Shown in pieces: positions 53,792-64,000 of a stretch of DNA of 64,000 nt; position 1 is the first letter of the stretch; each line of letters begins with the position of its first letter. The translations under genes and the position numbers were made by a program. The notes below the pieces were generated by a model, which saw only the letters and a program-made list of their open reading frames with translations, was not told the origin of the DNA and ran no database searches. The DNA comes from Octopus sinensis. Its lineage: Eukaryota. The stretch spans positions 168,702,001 through 168,766,000 of the forward strand of contig NC_042997.1 in the NCBI RefSeq assembly GCF_006345805.1. The letters are read 5' to 3'.

Positions 53792-55886
53792 TGTGTACAA
53801 GTGTATAAAGAAATGTATACACATATATAACTAATTCGCACACATGGAAATGAGCATATTTTTATCATACAATGTTGTTTTAGAATGCAGGAGAAATTCC
53901 AATTCTAATCTAGCAGTTTTAAATCATGGACTATAAGCCTTTAATTACTAGAACACTTTTCATTTACGTCACTCCTCTTTTTTCCTTAATCCATTTCCTC
54001 CAAGACCACTGATTATTTAGTAAATAAGTGGATTGTAGTTTGCAAAAGATGTGGAGATAATTATTTAAGTTCTACTAAAAGTATGCACAAATCATTATAC
54101 ATATCTCAAGGGAAGCATATAATGAAGGAAAATTCCACAGTATAGTTAGAGAACTTAGTAGTGTGTAGGAAGAAACAGACTTTTACTTAAGGGCTATGAA
54201 TAAACACAAATTGTGTATTCAAATGTAAGAGAATATCAAGAATAGCAAATAGATATAATTTAAGAAAAGATTGTTTGATGAAAGTTGCATACAGCTTGCT
54301 TTAAGTAGACCTACATGAACAGAAGATATAAACTTAACAGAGCAAAGATTTCTCAGAGTAATAGATTTTTGGTTATATCTATCAGGCTTTATATGCAATA
54401 ACAGTGACTGACAAAGGCGTAAATCTCTATTACTGACTCGTATAGCAACAGACTTTATTTACTTTGGTCATGGATACATTCAGACACTGAAGTGGTAGTT
54501 TGACTTTCTAATACAGATGATTGGTAGAATCTCTGAAGTGATTTCTGTTTTCAGAGAAGGTTTTACCATAGTTGAATAATTCTAGATCAGATGATTGATC
54601 ATGCATAACATGTCATTCATGGAGGTCAGTGATGTTGATGTTAAAAATATGTAATTTCAAAAATAATTATTATTATCAAATGATTGTTGTTGCAAACATT
54701 TCGATTCTGTTTAGAGAAGGTTTCGGTCAATATTGAAATAACTAAGAAAACTATTTGTGAAATAATTAAAATCTCAATTTCAACAAACAGAAAAGCATGC
54801 TTTTCAAAGAGAAAGTCAATAGGAAGCAAACACTATTGAGAAATATGTTGAACTACTTGAAACTTGATAGTTAGGATGAATTTTATTGCATACACATAGT
54901 GGAGTAAGTTGTTGTCAATGTAAACGCTTGTAAAGATTGTACTCATTCACTTTCAGTGAGATATAATGCTATTACAAAAATAATGAAAATCGACACAGCT
55001 TTGCAGTGTACAATATTTAAGACTTTAACAGCAAGCAAACATAACGTAGTTGAGCAGTTAGTGTATTAGACTCACATCATAAAACCATGGAGTCAATTCC
55101 TGGAACAGGCTTTCTTGAGCAAGTACTTCATGTCACACTGCTTCAGTCTTCTTATCTGAAGAGAGTGTCAGCTAAGTGCTGGTGAGTTTAGCCTGCTATC
55201 TCTCCAGCAGTCACACCCCTGATGATTTGTTAGGTCAATTTTGGAAATTACAATCCCCACTTCCTTAATTTTCAAATAGAAAATGAAACATAATTTTAAA
55301 AACAATAGCAAATTTTTTTTAATGTTTTCATTCACCCCCATAAACCTGTAAAATATCAGCTTTTTTCAAAATTTTTTTAAATCATGGATTTAAAATATGG
55401 ATAGTCTGAATCTGCAATTTGTTTCTAATTTTAAAATAATTTTCAGAAGAGAAGGTGATTTAAGGGAGATTTAGTTGTTGTTTCTAGCACATTGCATGAC
55501 TACTTGGTACCTTGCTCGTTTCTTTGTCACTCTGACATGTACTGATGTTTTTCAATATTTCCTTCCACCACTCCTATCCCCCACAAACATATTTTATGGA
55601 GTGATGATGCGGTGGTTTGTTACTGGGAAGCATGCAACAACACAAAAATTTCTTATATTAATCTTTAACCCCACACCTGCATCAAGTGGGACCATGTGTA
55701 TGTGCATGTGTGTAAAAGAAAAACATTTTCTAACAAAAAAGCATGCTATTAAAATGAATCATCTTTTACATAACTTTTTAAAATCACATGCACACACACA
55801 CACACATAGAGTATGAGCGATATACTTTTATAGAAAGTGAAAAAGTTTACAATCTGAAAATGAAAGAAATAGACAAATATACATAC

Positions 55887-55937
<51 letters not shown>

Positions 55938-58802
55938 GAGAAAGAGAGAAATTCTGTTGCTATCACCAAATTTTGAAATTTCAAAATTAAGTGCAAATGT
56001 TCAGATTTGGTATATTGATGTACTTTTTCACAATGAATCCACTTTTGCAATTCTTTTATTCAAAGATAATTTTAAAGAAAAATGTTACAGGATTTGGAAG
56101 CTAAGCATTTTGCATGTGATAAGTTAAGTATCATAAAATGAAAGTAAATATTAGATGACAAAGTTTTAAACAAAATGAAATCTATGCATGAGAGTACATA
56201 TACAGAGTGAGTGTCAAAGAGCATGGTAAGAATATATAGAGATACTTTGATGGCGATAGGGAGTGGGAGATTTGTGGATCTAAAAGTTGAGTTAGTTCTA
56301 GTAGCGAATTATATTTTATAACTATTTATGAATGACATTGTCTGTGGGACACAGGTTTTGAGAATCAAATTTGGTTTTCTTGAGGATGCACACATACATA
56401 ACCATATACACTCACATTTATACAGTAGATATATATGTATGCATATACATGTATACATATGTGTGCTAAGAGCACCATCCAAGCATGATCGTTGCCAGAG
56501 CAACTAACTGGCTTCTGTGCTGGTGGCACGTAAAAAGCACCATTCGAGCGTCGCCTTACTGGCACGTGAAATAAACATTCAAGCGAGGTTGTTCCCAGTG
56601 CCGCTGGACTGGCTCCTGTGCAGGTGGCATGTAAAAAACACCATTTGAGCATGGCCATTTCCCGTATCGCCCGACTGGCCCTCATGCTGGTGGCACGTAA
56701 AAGCACCCACTATACTCTCGGAGTGGTTGGCGTTAGGAAGGGCATCCAGCTGTAGAAACTCTACCAGATCCGATTGGAGCCTGGTGCAGCCATCTGATTC
56801 GCCAGTCCTCAGTCAAATCGTCTACCCCATGCAAACATGGAAAGCAGACGTTAAACGATGATGATGATGATATATGTGTGTGTGCATGTGTGTTGTATGA
56901 TATGTGAAGGTGCGTAGCCTAGTGATTAGGCTGTTGCTCTCATGATTGCTAGATCATGGGTTCAATTCCCTGACTGGGTGGAATGTTGTGTTCTTGAGCA
57001 AAGCACTTAATTTTACATTTCTCCATTCCCCCTTTGATCAGGGTGTATTGTTGGCCTGCTTACCTAGCCAGTGGGGGAGCATCATTTGAAGGCTAAAACA
57101 ATGCAAAAAGTGCATTGTGACCAGCAATATGTAACAACATCTGATACTGTGGTTGGTCACATGTTCACGTGATGTGTGTGTATATATATATCTATTTATA
57201 AGTATATAACCCATATCAGTATGAAAACTGAACATATGATGGTGATGATGACATATGTGATATATTTATAATGTAAAATTGTAAAAAAATATTTTTTTAA
57301 ATGTGAAAATCAGACTCTTTGAATTTGATCAATGATGCACTCAAACACACACACACACATGCATGCATGCACACATGTACACACACGTTGGTGATAATAA
57401 GTTTATGAAAATTGATGTCCAATCACAACTTATGTTCATAAATATTTTCCTTATTTTCTTATACAAATCACATTTTTATACTTGCTATATAAAGTTATAT
57501 TTAAATGTATTTCATTAAAATCGAAGCCAATTTTTTACAGATTTAGTTGATATTTAAAATAATGAATACTCTGTATTTATGATATACAACAAAGATGTTT
57601 GAATTATCATCATCATTTAATGTCTGCTTTCCATGTTGACATGGGTTGGGAAAATTGGTTCTTGCAATTGCCCTCACCTCCACCACCAACAATTCATCAT
57701 CATATATGAACATGATCGATGCCAGGTCTGCCAGACTGGCTCCTATGCCAGTGGCACATAAGAAGCACCATACAAACCTGGTTGATGTTAGTGCCCTCTA
57801 ACTAGCTCCAATACCAGTGCCACATGGAAAGCATCATCCAAATGTGATCGATGCCAGGGCTGCCTTACTGGCCCCTGTGCCGGTGGCATGTAAAAAGTAC
57901 CCACTACCCTCACGGAGTGGTTGGCATTAGGAAGGACATCCAGCTGTAGAAACATTGCCAGATCAGATTGGAACCTAGTGCAGCCCACTGGCTTTCCAGA
58001 CCTCAGTCAAACCGTCCAACCTATGCCAGCATGGAAAACGGACATTAAACGATGATGATTATCATCACACACACACACACGACTGACTTCTTTCAGTTTC
58101 TGTCAACCAAATCCACTCACATGGCTTTGATTGTCCTAGAGAACATTATCCAGGATGCCACGCAGTGGGACTGAACCTGAAACCATGTGCTCATGAAGCA
58201 AACTTCTTACCACCACACAGCCATGTCAGTGCTCTATGTGCAAATGTTCTAATTTTTCCTTCATGTTATGTGTTCATTGATACATGTCTATATTTTCTTG
58301 TGTAAAAGATTAGCCATTCTAAGCTATTCACAAAATATTTACTTTTTTTAGGGTTGTATAAACCAATTCTTATTTTATGAGATATGTTTGAAGAAAATGA
58401 AGCTTCCAATGTAAGCTATTTACTCTAATATTATCAACTGCTCATGTTTAGCAACTAAAAAATTGAGTCCCACCATAAATATTGTTTGTATATCATCATC
58501 ATCATTTAACGTCCGCTTTCCATGCTAGCATGGGTTGGACTCAGCATGTTTTATTGTAGATAATAGGCTTTTTTTCCTATACATATATATATATTGTTTT
58601 TATCCTTTTGACCACACTGGTATGGCTGTGCTATAAGAAGTTTGTTGCCCAACCACATGGTTCTGGGATCAATCCCACTGAGTGACACTTTATGCAAGTG
58701 TCTTCTACTACAGCCCTGGGCTGACCAAAGCCTTGTGAGTGGATTTGATTGGTGAAAACTGAAAGAAGCCCATCACATATATATAAATGTGTGTGCGTGT
58801 GC

Positions 58803-58852
<50 letters not shown>

Positions 58853-58854
<2 letters not shown>

Positions 58855-59147
58855 AGGTACAATGACCCAGTGGTTAGGGCAGCGGTCTCGCGGTTTCAAT
58901 TCCCAGACCGGGCGTTGTGAGTGTTTATTGAGCAAAAACACCTAAAGCTCCACGAGGCTCCAGCAGGAGGTGGTGGCGATCCCTGCTGTACTCTTTCACC
59001 ACAACTTTCTCTCACTCTTTCTTCTGTTGGCCTGCTCACTTAGCCAGCGGGGTGGCATCATTTGAAGGCTAAAACAATGTGAAGTGCATTGTGACCAGTG
59101 ATGTGTAGAAACTTCTGATAGCCTGGTCGGTCACGGTGATCACGGTG

Positions 59148-59150
<3 letters not shown>
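58853..59150 (+). mobile_element. tRNA-derived SINE family E
   Basis: Head ggaggtacaatgacccagtggttagggcagcgg...tttcaattccc; related copy at ~59742-60020. Confidence 0.75.
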
Positions 59151-59185
<35 letters not shown>

Positions 59186-60283
59186 TTGTCTTTGTTTGTC
59201 ACCCACCACTGCTTGACAACTGGACTTGATTTGTTTGACCAAATCCTTCAAGGTCATGTCCTAGCATAGCTGCAGTCTAATGATGGAAAAAAGTAAAGTC
59301 AATATGGCCAACTTTTATTGGAGAAGTATATAAATAATTGCACTGAACTCAGTATATTACTGGTAAATAAGTATTGGAGACAAGAAACCAAAAGCCACCT
59401 TTGACTTCTTATTCAACCTGCCTCCTCTCTGACACTCTTGGTCATTTACTCTCCTTCCAGTTATACTCTGGGTCAAGAGCAGAGACTTTGATAGGAGGAC
59501 TCTTTAGACATGATGAACCTGACAACCTCTCCAGTGTTGGCATCACAATACTACACATTGAATACACTGTGTAAAGTGATTCATGTTATGACAGACATGA
59601 CAACCTGTGCAACCCATGCCAGGAAGAAAAACATATAAATTATGATAATACACCACACCATAGTTGTTACACACAAGTGAATATGACTCAGTAGCACCAC
59701 ATACAATGGTTAGTGCACAGTACTCTGCAAGGAGCATTGGTGGAGGCACATGGCTTAGTGGTTAGAGTAGCGGACTCGCAGTCGAGGGATCACGGGTTCG
59801 AATCTCAGACTGGACGATGTGCGTATTTATGAGCAAAACACCTAAGCTCCATGCGGCTCCGGCAGAAGGTAATGGTGAATTTCTGCTGACTCTTTCGCCA
59901 CAACTTTCTCTCACTCTTTCCTCCTACAATGGATCGTCCTGTCCAGGTGGGGAAACAATATGCCAAGAAACTGAGAAACCGGCCCTTATGAGCCAGGCAT
60001 GGCTCAAGAAGGAACAAACAAGGAGCATTGGGTCGGTTTCCTGGTTTCTCCGGCATATATATTCTCCACTTGGATGGGATGTCAGTCTGTCATAGGATTA
60101 CTCATTTTCACCAGCTGAGCAGACTCGAGCAATGTAAAATGAAGTGTTTTGCTGAAGAACACAATGTGTCACCCAGTCCAGGAATTGAAACCACAATTTT
60201 ACAATCATGAGTTTGACACCCTAGCTACTAAGTCATGCTCTTCTATATACTGTGGCTTTTTCTGATTGCCTTACGAGTCTATG

Positions 60284-61532
60284 AATTGTGTCATCCTATA
60301 AATAATGTGGTTTCTCAATTGCATGAACTAAAAGTCAGTGGGGGATGGGAAAAACTACCTGCATCAACTTGTTATAAAAGTAGTTAGTAATTTTACTTTG
60401 TCCTTATTCTTAGTGCAAGTTTTGAAGAGTGTAGTTCGATTTTAAGTTATTTTTTCAAAGCAATAATGGAATGACAAAGGAGCATATTCGGCATATTTTG
60501 TTTTAGAAGTTCAATAAAGGCAACAATGGAAAATACAAGGAATATTAATGCAGTATATGGGGATCAGTTGATAAGTGTAAGCCAGTGTCAATGGTGGTTC
60601 CAGTAATCCCAAGCCAGAAGCTACAGCCTAAAAGACAAGCTTTGTTTTGGAAGATCTGTAGAGCTTGATGAGGACATCCTGGAAACCTTGTTGAGGAACT
60701 AACTGTTGAGGAACTAACAGAGAAGCTTGGATTTGATCATTCAACCATTCATCAACACCTGCTTGCCATCGAAAAAGTCAGCAAATTGGGTCAGTGGGTT
60801 CTTTGCAAACTTTTCGAGTCTAATAGTGAGTAGAGAGCGAATGTGTGCTCTTTTTTGCAGCCATGTCTCATGAACAAACCTTTTCTGAACGAATAGTGGC
60901 TTGTGACAAGAAATGGGTTCTCTATGGAAATGTCAAGCACTGAAGACAGTGGGTGGGGAAAGGAGAAACACCAGGACCCCAAATTAAAGAAGGTCTTCCC
61001 CTACATAAGGTGTTGTTATCTGTTTGGTGGGATATAAAAGGTTTAGTCCACTTTGAACTTTTAAACCCAAACCAAATGATAACAAAGGAGATCTACTGCA
61101 AGCAGCTTGAATGGCTTAAGTCTATACAAGAAGAAAAACGACCCTCTTTGGTTTCAAGACGAAAGGTGTTCTTCCATCAAGATAATGCTCAGCCACATAC
61201 AGCAAGGATGACATTCCAAAGGCTGGAGCAGTTTGAATGAGAAACGATGCCCCACCCACCATATTCACTGGACATTTCTCCATTTGCAGTCTTCAAAACC
61301 ATTTGGATGGAAAAAAATATGAATTCTGTAGACAAGGTCAGAACAGTAGTGGAAGAGTATTTTTCATCATGGGCAAGTGAATTGTAGAAGAGGGGGTTTT
61401 CAAGTCTACCAGATACATGGCATTGTAGAAAATGAAGGAGAGTATTTTTTAAGATTAAAAAAGAACTTTGTTTATCTTAATTTTGAAAAATAAAAGTACA
61501 AAAAAACTGCAATATTTAGGAGATTACCCAAT
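60284..61532 (+). mobile_element. Full-length decayed mariner element (transposase pseudogene ~60466-61430)
   Basis: KEHIRHIL, RIVACDKKWVLY, KVLLSVWWDIKG, FFHQDNAQPHTA and HPPYSLDISP motifs with stops and frameshifts; degenerate TIRs attgtgtcatcctataaata / tatttaggagattacccaata. Confidence 0.9.
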
Positions 61533-62155
61533 ATATATGTACAGATAATTAGATAAATTCCCATGAACACAGAAATACACACACCCTGTGTGTGTGCATA
61601 GATGGATAGATGGCTGTTGTTGCATGATTATGAAATTTTTTGGATGGTGTTCAGGTATGAAGAAATGGCCTGATTTACTCCAACAATTAATGTGTAGCAG
61701 TAAATTGGACCATTTTCTCATAACCATATACCACCTGAGGCTGATGTGTGTGCGAGTTCAATATGTATATACACACACACATACATACATTCATTCACAC
61801 ACACACAGTATAAAGCAAAAAAGTGTAAATTTTGCAAATACTTCAAAATCTAATTTATATTGTTTCATTAGCATAATTAATTCCATAATTATGTAATTGA
61901 GATACATAATCTATTTTGATTAATTTAAAGCAATGTTTATCCCGGATCATCAAGAATATGAATTATATTAATCAGAAACTGTCACTAAAATTAATCAATT
62001 ACGTAAGTTAATTGGATTAATGGTAGTTATTTTACTGAAACAGCTGTTGGATGAAATTAAATTGTGAATTATTAATGAATTTTTTTGTTTTTATGCTTTT
62101 CACTCTAAATATGTTACTCTCAAGGATTGCTTTAGCAAATTATGTATATATATAG

Positions 62156-62620
62156 GTGTAGGAGTGGCTGTGTGGTAAGTAGCTTGCTTACGAACTACAT
62201 GGTTCCGGGTTCAGTCCCACTACGTGGCACCTTGGGCAAGTGTCTTCTACTATAGCCTCAGGCCAACCAGAGCCTTGTGAGTGGATTTGGTAGACGGAAA
62301 CTGAAAGAAGCCCATCGTATATATATGTATATATATATACATATAACTTATAAATAAGAGCTAAAGAAAATTATTTCTATGCCAATATGCTGATAATAGA
62401 CTTTTAAATCGTCAATTTCCCCAAATTATTTACTCGCTACAGAAAACATGTAGAGCTTTGACAATTTAAAAGTCTGTTATCAGCATATTGGCATAGAAAT
62501 AATTTTCTTTAGCCCTTATTTATAAGTTGTTTATAATTTTAGCCTTAAAGGTATTTTAATATGCTGCCACATTTTTTGATGGAATTTTTTTCTGTGAAAA
62601 AGCTTCATCCTATATTAGTA

Positions 62621-62696
<76 letters not shown>

Positions 62697-62903
62697 ATGT
62701 ATGTATGTGTATGTGTATGTTTGTCCCCGCCAACATCGCTTGACAACTGATGCTGGTGCGTTTATGTCTCCATAACTTAGCGGTTCAGCAAAAAAGACCA
62801 ATAGAATAAGTACTAGGCCTACAAAGAATAAGTCCTGGGGTCAATTTGCTCGACTAAAGGCAGTGCTCCAGCATGGCCAAAGTCAAATGACTGAAACAAG
62901 TAG
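62156..62903 (+). mobile_element. SINE family A split by an insert carrying a 71-bp inverted repeat
   Basis: Head ~62156-62320, tail ~62700-62903; IR arms 62345-62415 and 62458-62528. Confidence 0.8.
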
Positions 62904-63263
62904 AAGAGAGTAATACATGCAAGCCTTTTCCATTTAGATTTACCATCATGTTATAAGGTGTTAGAGTTTAATTACCTATTATTTATTGAGTACTTAATTA
63001 TTGTGCATATATTTTTTTATCCTTTTAACATCTATTTTTTCCATGCTTGCATGATCCTGTTGGAATTCATTGAGGCAGATTTTCTACAGCTGGATGCCAC
63101 CAACCTTCCTGTCACCAACCTTCACATGATTTCAAGCAAGCAAATATTTCCACATTGCCAGACATGTTTTCACAAAATATTAGAAATGAAAGACATTGTT
63201 TGCACGGCAGTGATACTTGTGTGCAACAATCACATGATGTTAAGCCAGGGAGACTCAAACATA

Positions 63264-63294
<31 letters not shown>

Positions 63295-63382
63295 TTCTTT
63301 CAGCTTCCGTCTAATCCACTTAAAAGTCTCTGGTAGTAATGGTATATTGTAGCCTAAAATGGCATGTAGTATAGGGTAAGGT

Positions 63383-63989
63383 GAAGGCGCATGGATCAAT
63401 GGTTAGTGTTGAACTTACGACCGTGAGGTTGTGAGTTTGAATCCTGGACCGGGCTGCGTGTTGTGTTCTTGAGCAAGACACTTTATTTCACGTTGCTCCA
63501 GTTTACTCATCTGTAGAAATGAGTTGCGATATCACTGGTGCCAAGCTGTATCAGCCTTTGCCTTTCCCTTGGATAACATTGGTGGCGAGGAGAGGGGAGG
63601 CCAGTATGCATGGGCGACTGCTGGTCTTCCATAAATAACCTTGCCCAGACTTGTGCCTCGGAGGGTAACTTTCTAGGTGCAATCACATGGTCATTCGTGA
63701 CTGAAGGGGGTCTCCAATAGGGTAAAGACCCCCTTTGGTAATGAATGACCATGGGATTGCACCTAGAAAGTTACCCTCCGAGGTACAAGTCTGGGCAAGG
63801 TTGTTTAAAGAAGACCAGCATTTGCCCATGCATACCAGCTTCCCTGCTCCACGCTGCCAATGTTATCCATGAGAAAGGCAAAAGCCAATACATTTGGCAC
63901 CGGTGATGTCACAACTTATTTCTAAAGCTGAGTGAACTGGAGCAACATGAAATAAAGTGTCTTGCTCAAGAACATAAAACACACAGCCC
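63383..63989. mobile_element. Tail-to-tail inverted pair of tRNA-derived SINEs (family E-related)
   Basis: Arms 63451-63713 and 63726-63989 are reverse complements with a 12-nt spacer. Confidence 0.85.
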
Positions 63990-64000
63990 TATCTAAGAAT

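Noticed and set aside
54480-54740. GKTFSEN-like text as C2H2 zinc fingers
   Set aside because: No Cys/His ligands, and stops in frame.
58853-58930. tRNA genes at SINE heads
   Set aside because: A/B boxes are present, but there is no complete cloverleaf and the sequence continues into SINE bodies.

Overview
AT-rich, repeat-dense animal genomic DNA. The SINE families, microsatellite load and TE mix point to an octopus (coleoid cephalopod); that assignment is an inference. Most of the window is intronic or intergenic: tRNA-derived SINEs of several families, remnants of Helitron, mariner, Penelope, RTE and R4/Dong elements, MITEs, long fold-back palindromes and microsatellites. One minus-strand protein-coding gene, absent from the ORF track as a unit, could be rebuilt by hand from five in-phase exons: 42817-42649, 33401-33271, 29647-29473, 27982-27940 and 19933-19727 (stop). 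They encode the last ~241 aa of a protein with two tandem RFX-like winged-helix repeats (25/51 identical core residues) and an acidic Ser/Thr-rich tail. Each repeat is split at the same codon position by an AT-AC minor-spliceosome (U12) intron with an ATATCCTTT donor and a TCCTTAA(C/T) branch site. A whole exon-U12 intron-exon module therefore appears to have been duplicated inside the gene. The 5' exons were not found. Two of the palindromes carry hammerhead-ribozyme cores typical of Penelope-like elements. TE coordinates are approximate unless termini are quoted.
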